From the NCBI RefSeq assembly GCF_036321535.1, contig NC_087472.1, forward strand, positions 91,576,001 to 91,640,000: a stretch of 64,000 nucleotides of DNA, given 5' to 3'. Of this stretch, positions 11,041-27,089 are shown one piece after another (position 1 is the first letter of the stretch; every line of letters starts with the position of its first letter). The translations under genes and the position numbers were made by a program. The notes beneath the pieces are model-generated. The model ran no database searches, was not told the DNA's origin, and saw only the letters and a list, made by a program, of their open reading frames with translations. Source of the DNA: Camelus dromedarius (taxonomy: Eukaryota).

Positions 11041-14000
11041 ACTCCTTTTCATAGAGGGAAGAAATGTCTTGTACCTAAGGAGGATTTCATAATTTCTATA
11101 GATCAGTTACTGCTTGGTGTTTTCCATTCTTTTCTATTCTGAATAAAACCTTTTATGGCATTTATCCTGTCCCTGATTTATCACTGCATAGCCACTGTAG
11201 GCCCCAGGGCACAAAAAGGAACATCTAGATCTTACGGAAAAGAGGGCAGATCACTCAGAGATCCTGGATGTTCAGCTGGACACAGTGACTGGATTGTACT
11301 TTGGGTTATCTTCCTTGAGGAGGAGGATTAATGTGTTCCCTACGAGAGAAAAAGTGCAAAAATGGATATTTAGTGGCCAGAAGGATAAACACTGGAAGAG
11401 GCTGGCTGGCTGTTCACAAATTGCGGTCTTCTTCCTGGGCACACAGCTAGAATACATCTTTGAGTATAACTTCTTACGTTACAGCTGGGTGTGGGCATAT
11501 GATAGCGTTCTAGCCAATGTGATGTGAACTGAAGTGTTATGTGCCACTTCCAAGCTGACAGATATACACAGTATCCTTGATGTCCTCCGTGCTGTGTCTC
11601 CTCTGCAAGCTTGATGCAGGTGAGCACAGTTGTCTTGGAAGACACTTTTACAAGCTGGAGATTATCGTCAGTCCAGGATGAAGATATATGCAGCATGAGA
11701 GTTCTTAGCGGTTTCACATGCATCTCCATATGTAGTAGGTAGGAATGTATTCAGCATGCTCAGATGTGTAAGAAATATTCATTTGTTATTTTATTCAAAT
11801 AAAATTAAACCTGAATCCAAATCCAAGCTCTATTCTATCAGGCTGTTGGGAGATGCAATTTTAGCTTTTATTAAGGCTTCTACACAGTGTCTTCAGGCCT
11901 GGCAGTTCGCTGCTTCCCAGTCATGTTTGTGACTCATTTGGTGAGTCTGAGAGCCCCTGTGTGTGAGACTCAGACTCCTTGAGTCCATCGCAAGACATCT
12001 CTCAAAGGGCTGTCATGTCTCTGCTCTTACCAGGACCCTCAACTTCTTGTATTTTTCCAACATCAGCCCCAATCTCAAACTTTCTCTTTCTCCGCCTCTC
12101 CTCTCTTCAAAAGCCATCTCTCTCTCTCCTCATGTGAGTTGTGAGGCAGACAAAATTATCATTTAACGGGCTGAGGTTTCACAAAGGGCAGGCAGAGCCA
12201 ATGACTTTAGCCATCCAATCTCTTACGTATTCTGTAAATATCCCTGAACAAATTACCAAACCTGATGAACTGTTTGAAAATGAAGGGAGAGAAAACTATG
12301 CAGGAAACATTACTATTTCGAAAGAACCATCATGGTAACCTTTGTATCAAACACTGGATTCTTTCCCTCAGGGGTAGCTGGGGCTCGTTTTCATAGGCAC
12401 ACTTGCTAATCACATAATGATTGCATAAAACATTGAACTTTAATTTATGAATGTTTCTACTAACCCAGGACTAATAGGTGGTGACTATTCATATGAATTG
12501 AATACAATTCTGTATATTACCTTAATCAAACAATTTATATAGGTTCTTGGATGTTTGCTTATTTATTCAAAGGTTGACAAGTTTCATGAAGTATGACAAT
12601 GACTAAACTTTGTGTAAGAATTCTGTGAAGCCTAAAGAAAAAATTTTGAATGACATATGAAAAGGGAAATCCAATAAACCACGAGCTCAAAAGAAACTCT
12701 GTGAAAACAGATATGGGCAAAGATCATTAAGGAAAAAAAGACCGGTAGGAATTAGAAAAAAAAAAAGAGTCCAACAAATAGCAGTAATTAATAGGCCATA
12801 ATCAATGTAGCTGTGTATATGGTGAATATGCGACAGCTGTGAGCACTGAGATGCAGAATCCTGGGGACAGGAGTTACACACGAAGAGTAAATACACAGAA
12901 TGCTGTAATGAAGCAAAGTGTTTCACTTCATTCACTCTCTGAGATAATCTGCTCTGGAATGCGAACTGCTGCCTATGAGACACAAGAAGCAACGCTCCAC
13001 AAAGAAGATAAATGATTGTACAATTCAGCACTGACACTTGTCTCAGTGGATCCCTAGATCAAATCTCTGCCTGGAAATGGTTCCTAGTTCTATGAATGCC
13101 CAGAGATAAAATGTGTTCCTGTTTTATTAATAATTCTTAAACCATGCTGAAGTGATGTAAATGAAATGGTTACACTAATTTGGCAGAAACTTACAAAATG
13201 CAATAGTTCATGGAGATCACATTTACCATTTTAATGCGCTAGTAGAAACTGGGTATGAGGCAAATACAAAGCAGACAATTCGAAGTACTACAAGACACAT
13301 GTACTACCAGTGTTTTGGAGATCTACTGCCCTAATAATTATGAGAAAATGAGGAAAATGAGTAGGTTTCTATGACTAAAGGTATATGATTAAAATTTTAG
13401 AAATTATACAAGGAAAATTACAAATACAATTATAACTTTACATAATAGATGTGACCTACGATAATGACAACCAAACTTATTTATATTTTAAAATATAACT
13501 AGAGTACATATAAAATAACTACAGCATCTTAGAACTAGCAGAGAGGAAATATTTACAGCTTATTCCCTATTCCCAACCAATATAAGAACTGTTTTTACAG
13601 TATCACTCACAGATGGCCAGATACCTTCTGCTTGAACAGGTGTAGTATCTTGCTGTTTCTCTAAGAAGTCTATTTTGTACAGCTGTAATTCATGGGAAGC
13701 TTTGCCTTCTGCTTAATTAGAATTTACCTCCCTGTGACTTTTGCTTTTTGATCCAAGTTTTGCTCTTTGAAGCTTCAAAGGAATAGTTTAATTCAAATCA
13801 GTTCAATTAATAAATATAGAATAGCTCTGCCAGGGATGGAGGTAGGTGCTGGCATACAATGATGAATAAGACACATTTTGTTACCTCTCTCTTCTGAGTT
13901 GACAGCTATTCAAATTCCAGAAGATAAATTTTACATTCTCCTTGATTCTTGTCTATAAATCAAAGATCTCCAGGTCCCTGAACCACAGTAAAATCTTTTA

Positions 14001-14984
14001 CAATCCCAATCACTTAATTTCTAAATTTGCACAATTAAATTACTAATCTCATTAAAGATTTAATATAAAACTATTAAATAGGGATTTTTTTCCTGCTGTA
14101 ATTTTTTGCATCTGAAAACAAACCACCTATATCAGACTTGCTGCAGAAGTGGAAGCAAAAAATGGTGGAATGGTCCCATAGCTGGAATCCCACCTCAAGG
14201 ATGTATAAGAAGTGGGAGTGACAAGAGTGAAAAATTATTAGTGGTGATTTCTTTGGAGAGGGTTGATGGGGTACTGGGCATTTCTCTAGCCCCACTGGCA
14301 TTTCTTCTATTTTCATATCCACAACTCAAGCCAAGGAAGAGGAAGGGTTGTTTGAGACCACTCAGAGAAGCTTCAAATGTGTTCCCTGCAGTTAGAACAA
14401 CTTTTATCTGAAAAAGTATAGAAATAAGAGGCCAGACGTATGTGCTTCTGGTTGGGGAGAGTGGGCTCCAGTGGGTAAAACTCTATTTCCATTGATGATG
14501 AGACAAAAAGGCAAGTGTCCCATGGACTGGAAGAGATACACAAAACAGAGCTTGACTTGGTATATTCTGAAAGGCCTGCACCTCAAAGGTCTGGCTGCTG
14601 TGGCTAAGTGAAAATGTGAGGCACCACTAGAAGCAGGAGCTGAGGAGAGAGTGGTAAACTGCCAGCTAGAAGAGACATCTCCCATACTAAGAAATAGTGT
14701 GGTGGGTTTGGAGAAGTTGTCTCCAGAGAAGCAGCAAAAGCAGTTGTAGTAGACTGATTGCAATAACATCCCTAATTCCTTATCCTCCAAGTATCTGAGC
14801 CATTTGCAATGTAATATTGCAGCAATAGAAAAGCATTTACTTTCTCAACCCTTGAATATAGCTGGCCTTAGGACTTGCTTTGGGCAACAGAATGCAGTGT
14901 AAGTGACAGCCTGCCAGTTTCAAGCCTAGGCATCAAGGCACATTACATGCTGCCGCTGGAGGTTCTGATGCTGTTACTTTGCCT

Positions 14985-15070
14985 CCCTCCCCTTCCCCAC
15001 TACTCCTCTGGTCCTCCTCCTCCCCCTCCTTCCCCTCTCCATTCCTCCACTCCTCCCCTTCCTCCTCCTC
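14985..15070. repeat. CCT-rich low-complexity pyrimidine tract
   Basis: Read directly from the sequence; follows an MLT1-like fragment at 14745-14985. Confidence 0.85.
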
Positions 15071-15397
15071 ATTTCAGTCCAACCCGGAGAACAAGGAGAA
15101 CCTATAAATTGAGTGAGAGGCTCAGATTTTGATTTTAGATTGGAGCAGACTTTTAATGCCTGAAATTGAGACTGTTCATCATTAAGAGTAACTGAAAAAG
15201 CTTTGAGATGTGCTCAAATGGGAAAAGCCCTGAAATTCAAGCAAGAAAGATATAATGTAGGATATCTGAAAGACACATACATGGGAAAATGAAGTTATTT
15301 CATAATTACACCCCATTAAATGTAACTCATTCAAGAAACTGCCTATATGTATTGTTTTTAAGTTATAAACATCTGTCTTAATAAATCAGGTGTTTTC

Positions 15398-15752
15398 AGA
15401 TGATATCACTTGTATGTGGAATCTAAAGAAATGATACAAATAAACTTATTTACAAAACAGAAACAGACTCACAGACATAGAAAACAAACTAATGGTTACC
15501 AAAGGGGAAGAGCAGGGGAGGGATAAATTAGGAGTTTGGGATTAGCAAATGTATTACTATATACAAAATAGTAAGCAACAAGGTCCTACTGTATAGCACA
15601 GGGAACTATATTCAATAGCTAGTTATAACCTATAATCTATAATGAAAGAGAATATATATGTATATAACTGAATCTCTATGCTGTACACCAGAAACTAACA
15701 CAACATTGTAAATCAACTATACTTCAATAATAAAAAATAAAAATAAAAAATA
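15398..15752 (+). mobile_element. L1 3' end with an A-rich tail
   Basis: L1 3'UTR motifs and a degenerate TSD ataaat(c/a)aggt(g/a)ttt. Confidence 0.88.
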
Positions 15753-18700
15753 AATAAGGTATTTCCTCAACATATTCTACTCAATCCATTTCCTATCGGA
15801 AATACAATATTATTTCAAAAATATATCATATATCAGACTAAAATTTTATTACATTTATATTATTTTTTGGTTAATAATTTTTTAAGATAATCAGCATATT
15901 CAATCACATTCCACATTAAATAGGTACCTTTGGAACAAAAACCTCAGTACCATACTTCACCTCCATCAAAATGAACAAACAAACCTGATTACCTCCCCCC
16001 TCAAAAAAGCTAAATCTTCTGTATATAGCAATCCAAGCAGAAGCCAAGTTGAGACTGGCTGGAAGCCATAGGAGGTGTTGAACAGAAAGGAATAGATAGT
16101 GTCGATGGGGCTTACGGACCATAAATCTCAGAGAAATTCTGAAGACTATACACCCTGAAGTCCAGGGATGAGACACTTGATTTTAGTAGTTTTTACCTAA
16201 TATATTTTGGTGCTAGAAGCTAGCTTTTTACAGCTAATATTTCTAAGAGAAATCTAAACTCCTGAATAAGATAAAAAAGCCAGAGCCTGACCTCAAACAT
16301 AAAGTATACTTTTAATTATAACCATCTTCAGCATAAATGGCTAAAATTAATTCCATCACTTCAATATTTCTGTATGAATTAAATGCAACTGGCAGAAAGA
16401 AATTCAGTTACTGAAGCACATTATTTCATTCCCACAGTGGTTTCTCTAATACTGCTTATCATAAGGGCATTTTTTTGCAAATTGCTCCAATGTGTAGTTT
16501 TTATTTCCCCTTTTAGTATCAGATATACTTAAATGTAGAATAGAATGATTTCGAACCATCAATTACTTTACATTATCAACTCTCCACAAGTGAGTGGTTA
16601 GCAGAAAGAAGAATAAAATATATATATTAATTTTCCAAAAGGATTATGAAATAAGAAGTATGGCCTAGTTTTAAATATCTAACTTCTTCTGAAACATTAA
16701 ATCCTAACCCCAGAAAAATTGCCATGTGCTCCCAAATTACAAAACAAACATTAAAGACAAAAAGGCAAAAAAGCATTCTCTTGTATTGCTGGGCTCAAGC
16801 ACTTCTCTGCGCTGAGATCAGTCACTTCACACCTGTAGTGTGTTGCCTTAGACCAGCTGTGGTTTTATATGCACATGTGTTGTCTCTCAAGGTAAACTCT
16901 AAATTTCTGGAGGACAGGACAATACTTTTTGTTTGTTTTAGATTTCTATCACTCTTGTCACCGAGTATAGTGCCTTGCAATTCCTAAGGAATTATTTTTA
17001 TTATTGTCGCTATTGATTTTTTTTCTATCTGCTAATTCCTCACAAGGAAGTTTAACTAGATTTTGCTTATATTTCAAGTCTCAGAGACTAGAAATTTGCT
17101 TTCTGTCTTTTTGTGTCTCCTATGGCCAAATGGCATAGCCATTCATTTGGTCTACCATCCTCATGCCGCACTGTGAGGCCAGCACCATCTAACTCTGGTC
17201 CTGTGGATGCTGTCCTACTTGTGAGAATGGCAACAGTAGGGACCAAGATCTATTTGGATTTGTATCGGGGCAGAGCAAGAAGCCATTTGGCTGCTTCCTG
17301 AATCTTGCTACCTAGGCAGACACCTATTTCCCTCATGCCTAAGGCTAACTCTTCTTGTTAAAGTTAATAAGCAGTGGATACTGTTTGCCCTTACTTATCT
17401 CTGAGAACTTCACCTGGACAAAAATGTGCTCATGTCATCCATGAAGCTAATGATTTGCTCAATGTGTGCATGGAGCTTTCCACTCTGCCTGAGCAAAATT
17501 AAAGTGAGGATTTTTCAGCTGCAGCCTGGGTAGGGATACCTGGCAACTCCCAGAGGCGTCACTAATGAAAGAAAACTTGTCTTTACATGCTGTTAATAAC
17601 TGCATTCAAATTTCACATTTCACATCTTGGAGCTTCAAATTCATCACCTATGAAAACGTGAGAGTGATAACTGTTCTTCCTGTTTGAGACAGGATTTATT
17701 TTTTATGAGGGTCAGATAAGATGATGTGTGACAAAGCCCTAGAGTAACACAGAACACATTCTCCACCTTTGATGACAGGTATCAGATTGGACCTGGAAGG
17801 AGTTTCCTAAAATATTCCTCTCTCTAATACTGCCTTTCAATCTTTGGTCCATGGGGGCATGAAGCTGAATCAGATAGGAAAGATACAATATTTCCAGTTT
17901 TAAAGATCTCTTGTCCACAAGATACAGCATCTGTCTAAATAATGGATTTCTGTCCAATCCCAGGAGCAATCTTGCACATTATAGTCGGATTCACTTCATT
18001 ACCCAGTTATTTTGTACCTTCCCAGGCTGTTAGTCAAATCACCCTGCTGCCTGGCAAGATTCTGATTAATCTAGATTTCACTAATTACCCTGCAGTCACA
18101 TGGATTGGACTCAACTGCTTTAGGTATTCTTGTGCTGTAGTTTTCAAATCAGTTTTCATAGAATCTGTTGCAATGATACTAGAATTGCTTCCCTGATAAT
18201 GAGCCTTTCCAAAGGAAAAATAACCATGAACCGCATTTTAATTCTTCCTCATAACAATCTTTCTTTCAGGCAAATATTTTTCATTTAGGGAATCAGAAGT
18301 ATTTTAAAATATAAAGATACTTGAAAAAATCAAGGAGTCAGGCTGGTGTTCCTGCTCCAGTGACATGACTAGGGAGAAATAAGGCACCGGCAGGTTGGAG
18401 TCAACAGAAGAATAAAATAAATGCTAAGGGTCAAGCCCTAAACCCAGTTCCAAACCTACAAACCTCCGATGACTATCTTCCAAGAAGCAACACTGCCACC
18501 TGGCTGTGTGAGATCCAGAAACGATGCTGATGCTTTTCTTTTCTAACCAGATCCTCTAGACATTCACCGTACTTCCAGACTAAGTAGAATTCAGGAATTT
18601 TGGGACATTCCTATAGTAACCCCAAGAAAACAAAGTGCTAGGGCACAAAATCATAATGGGATAATTGGAAAATATCTCAAGAACCATCTAAACTACCATT

Positions 18701-18929
18701 TAAAATTCATAAAAACAAAGTTCAAAATTGAATCACAAAGGTCGTGCTATAATACAGATCTTAAAACTTAAGGAATGAAAGATTGGAAAGTGCATAAAAG
18801 CAAATGCAGGGAAATCAGTAGTTAAAAGGCAAATGAAGAAATCAGAAATGATGGAGAGAAGAGTTTAGTGAAAATTAAGAGAATCGGTAAGATTTTAAAC
18901 TAACATTTAACAGTAGAATCAACAGGCTT

Positions 18930-21900
18930 AGATTCTTGTTTATAGTTTGGGAGGGTAATGAGGAAGAGGAATGATGCCTGGTTTCTGCCTCTAGCAACAG
19001 GATAGACGGTAGGGCCACTTACTGAAATGAGTCTGAAGGAGACTCTGGTTTGGGGAGAGCCCGTAAGTTGTTTTGACATACTGGGTTTGAAGTGCCTGTA
19101 GGTGATTCAAGGAGAGTGTTCTTTGATAGTCTGTCAAAAAGGCCTTAAATAGTTTAAGATTATTTAAGGTCAGTTTTCAGCTAGTGGTAGAAGTGAATTA
19201 TTTTCCAGTAGTCAGTTAAAGGACACAGCATTACCTTCTGATCCAAGGCGAAAGTACCTTCCAGAAGAGATTGAGAAGGATGAACAGAAATCTAGGACAT
19301 GCTTAGTGAACGGCAAAGAAATATTTTGTCAGAAACCAATTAGGAAATTATAAGAAAAAGAAACTAGTATTTATTAAGCTTTTACTATAGGCCCATTACT
19401 CAGCAGGGCATAATTAATATGTTAGATCATTTTAATTCTTAGCATTAGAAGACAGGCACTACTTCTCCATTAACATTCTCTAGTTGGTTAACTATTACAT
19501 CATTCATCCCAGTGTTTAACATCATTTCTTCAGGAAAGTCATCTTTAACCCCTATACAATGATCATTCTTCTGTCATTAATTTCAATGGCATCTGTGTCC
19601 CCCTTCCATTATAAGCATCTACTTGTCATTAATTATTCTATACTTAATGTATCTATCAGCTTAGTGTAAGTCATGCTGTTGTAACAAACACTCTCCCAAA
19701 TATTAGAGGCTTAAAACACAGTTTTTCCTCACACTACATACTCAAAACAGATCAGTAGGAAGGTCCGGCTCATGGTAGTTACTCAGGGATTCATGCTGAC
19801 AGTACTTCCAGTAGCTTATTGTGTTCCTATCTCAACATGTATTTCCATGACTGCTACACTGGAGGAAGTTATGGCTTGAGAATTGAGCACTGGCAACTAA
19901 ATGTCTCTTCATGTAAGTAAAATATATTCATATTTCATTTGAATAAAGCAAGTTACAGGGTAAAATATAACTTTAAGTGGGGAAGTGAAGGGAAGTGAAA
20001 TTTTCCTATTTGCACAAAGTAGAGAAAAAAAGTATTTACAGATAATAATTTCTACCATACTTACCTTTCCCATTGGACTGCAAGAGTATGCATGCTTTGT
20101 TTGCCTTAGTATCCACTAGTATTTTGACTGGCATGTAGTGGGTACCTCCAAACTATTTATTAAATGAATCAAAGTATCAAAGCTGATATACAGATTCCAG
20201 ACTATCCCTAAAACTGATGTTCTTTCCACTCTACCATGCTAAGCCACAGATATACATTGTACTGTTTTAGTTCCATCTTTATATATTCCCTAATGTATAG
20301 TTGGCTCCCAAAGTTGTCTTGGGGTTTTTAAACCTTTTTCTTCCAAAAGGTATGTATAGTCATTATTATATGATGATAGAAACATCCATTTTCATTCCAT
20401 TTGAATTTGTTCTAATTTAATAGGTCATCTGAAATGAGATTTTCAGGATAATAACCTGAGACTAGATGCTGCAAGATATTAGAAATAAGATAAAAACTAC
20501 ATGAGAAGAGCTGCGACATACATACAGTAAAGGCCACATAAGAAAAAATGATATTTTGTCAGAGTTTCAGAAAGAGCTCAGAGGCCAAGCTAGTCAGTTT
20601 GTCAACTAAATTAATTCATTTATTGGGCTAGCAAAGTCGAGTAAATGAGAAAATGATGTTGCCAAGACTAAGGTCTTTTACAATTATTATTTTTCAAAAG
20701 ATTTATTTTTAGCATCAACTGTATGTCAGACATTTTTAGGCACTGGCACTATGATCTTCCAAGTGCAGAATTCTCACATTTGTTTAGAGAATGGCAAGTA
20801 TTTCATTATGACCAGATGATGCGTGGGTTAAGAATTGTGGAAAGGAGGCTAGAGCCAGGAGAAGAAAAGTCCTATATGACATGCAAAGGAACATATACAC
20901 TGTCATGATTCACAGCTAGTAATTTAAGCATGACAGTAACAATCTAACTCATGTTGTGTAAAGATGACTCTAATGTGTGTGTGACAGATGCATTGGATGG
21001 GGGCAAGAACGGAATCACAAATAATAGCTGAGGTTATTCACTAGTGTAGGGAAAAACTAAGAGACACAAATGAAGGCATTAACAGTGAAATGTGGAGGAT
21101 GGGATAAATTTGAGCAGTATTATCAGGTTGTGGTAAGTTGAATAATTTGTCTCAATTCTTTACTTCCCTGAAATAAGTACATATATACACCCATCCTATG
21201 GCTTCATGTTGGATAGCATGTACTTTGATGGCACTTTGGCATTAGGCGTGGCATGTAACTTGCTTTGGTTAATATAATTTTAGTGGGTATTATATGAGCA
21301 GAGCCTTGGCATGTGCTTGCACTATTTGGCTTGGCCCACTTGGGCTTCAGTGAATTTCCATGAGAAAAACTACCCCCTAGGAAGTTGATGTTCCTTCCTC
21401 CCAGGCTTCAGAATGAACACGTTTGGGGTAGATCTAAACCAAATCAGCAGATCCCAGCCTAAAGAATTGTCCAAAACCCCCACAGACCTGTGATTTTGAG
21501 AATATGTTTACTGTTGGAAGCCAGTAAGTTTTGGGGTGGTTTGTTATGCATCATTATTTAGGTGATAATTACTAAGACATATAGGTATGCTAGATCTCAG
21601 TGAAAGACTGACTATCTGAGGAAGATGTAGAGAATTAATGGTTACACCCAGCTTTCTGGAATGGGTAACTGATAGTATGGTGGTGGTCTTCTCCTAAGGG
21701 AAAGGAAAAAGGAAAAGCAGATTGGTGAAGATACAATTATGAGTTTAGATTTGGGGCAGATTTCATCTTAAGTACTTGACAGACATCTGAGTGGTTGCGT
21801 CTTACAGGATTCTTTTTAGAACATTACAGTAGAGCAGGTAATTATGCAAGGCATTTAAGCAACCAAGGTCCCTGTATTACAGGACTTGTCTCATAGATCA

Positions 21901-22200
21901 TGATGTCTGGAAAGTCTGGAAATTTTGAGTTGAAAGGTATCAGCATCCAGACAGTAGGTGAAGTCATGGGAAAGAATGAAGTCTTCCAGGAGTGTTTATA
22001 TGATGAAAGCAGAGGAGAGACAAATACATTAATGCTTAAGGATGGGACCCCAAGATGGAGGAGAATTAGAAGATCTAGAAAGATGGGAGTAAAACTGATG
22101 GTGAGTAGAATTCTAAAAACAACTTGGGAGAGCATTTCAAGCACAAAAGGGTAGCCAACCATGCCAAATGCCCTAAAGTAGGATAAAGATCAAGGTGTGC
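18930..22200. mobile_element. Patchwork of old L2 fragments with inserted MLT1 LTRs (~19650-20060, ~21129-21580)
   Basis: L2-like purine-rich antisense motifs (gggtttgaagtgcctgtagg; gagtttagatttgggg) and MLT1 termini (ggggtggtttgttatgcatcattatt). Boundaries are approximate. Confidence 0.55.
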
Positions 22201-23669
22201 TTGGAGTTAGAAAGACTAGCATAAAGAAGTCATTTTTCAAACATGTAAGATTAGCTTAAGCTCACTCTAAATCCAACTGAATTTTCATTTGGAATTTGAC
22301 AAAGTAATTTTAAAAGCCATCTGAAAGAATAAATATAGCAAATAGCTGAAAAATATTGAAAAAGAAGGGCAATGAGAAGGAAATTTACTTACTGCACTTT
22401 GAAATGTATTTTAAATGCATAATCATTAAAACAGTATTATACTGGTGCCACAATAGCCATATCAATAAAACAGACTCTCATATGTGTAAAAAACTTGATT
22501 AAGGTTGCACTCATAAAGTTATATATAAAACGTACAACTCAATATACAGAGCAATCATTGATATTAGAAGAATAAAACATCATAATATATTTGCAAAGTA
22601 CTTTTAAAAAGAAATAAATCTGCTTTATGGCACTTTATTACAATTCTGTAATATATAATATTGTCATAGACACGTATTTCTGAAATAAAGTGCTATCAAA
22701 TTGTTAACGATTCTATTGAACTGTTAATAGTTGTTGTCTTTAGGTGATGAGATTATGCGTGATAGTTCAATTTCTGTATTAAACTTTTTTAAAATTTCAA
22801 AAAATATATGTAGTGGACATATATCACTTTTATTAACTATGGGAGGTAATGAATATGTTAATTAGCTTGCTTGTGACAATTATTTCACAGTGTACACATA
22901 TTGAAATATTGTTGTACACCTTAAATATATACAATTCCTATGTGTCAATTATACCTTAATAAAACTGAAAAAATAAACATATTTTTTAAAGTGCCCATTG
23001 AATTGATCACCCAGGAGATCCCTAGTGATGGTAGTGAAAGGAGATTCAGTGGAGAAGTAAGAAAGATGGACAGATATATTAAGAAGTGATCAAAATGAAA
23101 GCATTTACAGATCAGTGTAGACCACTGATTTAATGTAACTTAGCTACCTGATTAAAAATAAACTTAAAAATTTGGTGGTGTGATCAAGAGTAAATGTAAT
23201 AACATTCCATCTGTCCAAGATTCTAGCCATAATGTCACAGTACAGCAGGTAATTAAGCAAGGTCTTTGAGCAGTCAGTGTCCCTGTATCAAAACAAATGC
23301 ATTCAACTCACAGGACAATCATCCAGGTTATATACAAGAAACTCCTGATTTTAATTTGATATGCTTCTGTAAAAATCTGGATATCTAAAAAATTGGATTT
23401 GCTGATCACTTAGAAGCAGCAAACAGGAAGGGATTGCTAGAATTGTGAGAAGCATAGAGTTAAACAATAAGTGAGGAGACAAAGAAAATACGAATAGCAG
23501 GAAAAGAGTAATCTCAAGATACTGATGCTGGTCAATAACAGACTTGAAAGTTCAATTAACTAGGATGGAAATGGCACACTCCTGAATAAGAGCATTGGCA
23601 ATAGGGATGGAGAGGATAGAGAAGCATTTAGGAAGTATAATTAGTGGAACTTTTTCATTTGTGTGTGGT

Positions 23670-24215
<546 letters not shown>

Positions 24216-24626
24216 GGTGGGAATTACAGGGAGGAATCAAGACTTGGAGATATAATGCTGCCACTAACTAAGACAAAAAAATCTAGGAAGAGGAGAAATG
24301 AGGTTTAGAAAAAGAGTCATGGGTTTATATTTTTTCACACTGAGTTTGAGATATCCTTGAATCAATCATAATTGGATTTATATTTAAAGCTTTGTGGGTG
24401 GGTCACGACTTGGGATAATAGATCTGGAAGTTAGCAGCAGATAGTTCATAGTTAGAATTGCAGGAGTAGGTGAAGACACTTGTGGGGAGAAAAAAATAGT
24501 GGACTGAATATGGTAACTTGGGGAACACCAGTATTTAAGAGGTGATATGGAAAAGTCCATTGAGGACATGGGAAAAAAATAGTATGAGAGGCAGAAGAAT
24601 CAGGACAGGGTAGGGTCTTGAAAACT

Positions 24627-24988
24627 GTATCAGAGACAGTGCTATGCTCACCAAATCCAGTTTCATATTCCTTCTTCTTAATGACATGGAAAGCTCCATT
24701 TTTCAGACCCTTTGAGGCTAAGGGTATATGATTAGTTTCAGTCAGTGAAATGGGGGATGAAGTGATGGGTTTGAATAAATCAGAGAAAAGCCCTTTAGAG
24801 ACCCTCTGGCCACACTTCCCTGCCTCAATGAATAAGGAAGTTCCAGAGAAAACCTCTAATGCCCCTCTCTCCCCTATACTCATTGAACACATAGTGTTGT
24901 TGAGAAATAAACCTTTGTTGTGGTACAATGCTAAGGTTTCAGGATTAATTTGATACTCTAACATAACCTAGCTTATATTGACTAATAC
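24627..24988 (+). mobile_element. MLT1-type solo LTR inside L2
   Basis: TGTATCAG start, gagaaataaacctttgttgtgg, and ...acctagcttatattgactaataca end. Confidence 0.7.
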
Positions 24989-25635
24989 AGAAGCCAAGGC
25001 AGGAGCATAATTTGCAAAGGAGAGAGTAGTCACAACAGTTTCAAATGCATCAGAGTTCCAGGAAAGAGGCCTTTCCATAGATTCCTAGATGTGGAATTAT
25101 TAAGCCAGTAAGTCCAAAGACTTTAGGGGGTTTTGATTGTAACAGTTTGACAGAGAATCTCCATTGTCTTTTGGCTTTCTCTAACAAATGTGCTCATCAG
25201 ATCAATAAAATGTAGTTAACTTGAACTGGAAATTGACATCACAGCACATACACACATTACAGTCTATTATCCTTATAGTTTCACTTGAAAGCTTGAGGTG
25301 ATGATATAAATTCTGATTGAATTATCTTTCTCTTAGTTCTCCATTCATATTTTGCAAAAAGAGTGGTCTTAATATTTTCCCCTTAGAGACCCCAAATTAT
25401 AAACAATTATAAACAATTTTTATCCTATATATTTAGTTATAAAGTTGATTGTTTAGAGTGCTGGGTGCCCTTTCCCAAGTGGAAAGAATGATAAAGGATG
25501 ATTAGTTTCCAGGCCAGGTCCCACAGCCTATTTAACCTACAATGCAGCCGGACTAGAAATATGTATTATTCCAGGACATAATTATGACTTATGTTATTGA
25601 TTCTAACCAATGAGAAGCAAACTAGAAGTCATTTT

Positions 25636-25945
25636 ATGAACTTATTTACAAAACAGAAACAGACTCACAGACAGAAAACAAACTTATGGTTACCATGGGT
25701 AAAAGGGGAATTAGAGGGATAAATTGGCAGTTCGGGATTTGTAGATACTAACTACTACAGATAAAGTAGATAAACAAGGTCCTATTGTATAGCACAGGGA
25801 ACTATATTCAATGCCTTGTAATAGCCTATAGTAAAAAAGAATATGAAAAGGAATATATATATATAACTGAATCACTATGCTGTATACCAGAAATTAACAC
25901 ATTTTAAACTGACTATACTTCAATAAAAATGATAAATAAATAAAT
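25636..25945 (+). mobile_element. L1 3'UTR fragment
   Basis: Same family as 7690-8000 and 15440-15750. Confidence 0.85.
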
Positions 25946-26070
25946 GTCATCTTACACAAGGCACAACCATAGAGTCAACCATGAAGCTGTGCCAGATATA
26001 TACGCATTATATTTGCAAAAGCAGAATGCTAAGTTCCAAGAGTACACTGATGTAAAATAAAGGAAGTCCA

Positions 26071-26367
26071 CATAGACATAGAATACAAACTTGTGGTTGC
26101 CAAGGGGGCAGGGGGTGGGAAGGAACAGACTGGGAGTTCAAAATTTGTAGATACTTACAGGCATATGCAGAAAAGATAAACAAGATTATACTGTATAGCA
26201 CAGGGTAACAGATACAAGATCTTGTGGTAGCTCACAGTGAAAAAAATATGACAGTGAATATATGTATGTTCATGTATAACTGAAAAATTGTGCTCTACAC
26301 TGGAATTTGACACAACATTGTAAACTGTAAACCATAACTCAATAAAAAAAATGTTAAAAAATAATAA
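26071..26367 (+). mobile_element. Young 5'-truncated L1 with a perfect TSD
   Basis: 18-bp TSD TAAAATAAAGGAAGTCCA at 26053-26070 and 26368-26385. Confidence 0.9.
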
Positions 26368-27089
26368 TAAAATAAAGGAAGTCCAACTGGCCCAAATGCA
26401 CATACCTAATCATAAATTCTAACTATTTGTATGAATAAAAATGAAATTTCTTATGAAGCGAATAATTATGGCATAAAATGTTCCAGCTTAGAAAAATTAA
26501 GTTAAAAATCACTTACAATCTACAAAATATATATGAAAACAGTGTTTTGATTATGCAGCATTTCCAATGTATTCCAGTCCTTCTTCCGTATATGACTCTT
26601 CAAAAGTGATCATGAGAATATCTTTTCTTCTCAGATTTATAAAAATTACATTAAGAGGGATCCTTGGATGTTAAACAATCCTTAAATCTTACTTAGTCCA
26701 AGATGTGGTCAAAGCTGAGTTCCTTAGGTCTTCACCACTTAGCTATTCACTAATGACAAAAAAATAAACTCTCTCTGTTGAATCACCTCATGTATCCTAC
26801 ACAAATAGGGAATGAAGGCTAAGAAATTTTTCTGATAACCTTGGCTACTATTTAAACATTAATACTTTGTATTGACTTAATGAATATTAGTGGAAATCCT
26901 CCTATAGTGTCTTAGGGACTATATATGTGACAGATTCCCTCTCAGAAGGTTGTCATTTCTACATTTTAGTTTTTAAGTGTTAAGGTTATCTATAGGGCCC
27001 ATATTCTTGCTGTATTAAATGTCAGTTAATTCTTCAACATGCAAAATAAAAATTCAGCAAGATGCTTTGATAATAAAATATTAATTAAC

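Noticed and set aside
24452..24964. 170-aa minus-strand ORF
   Set aside because: Lies across an MLT1 LTR and L2 sequence, with no protein features.
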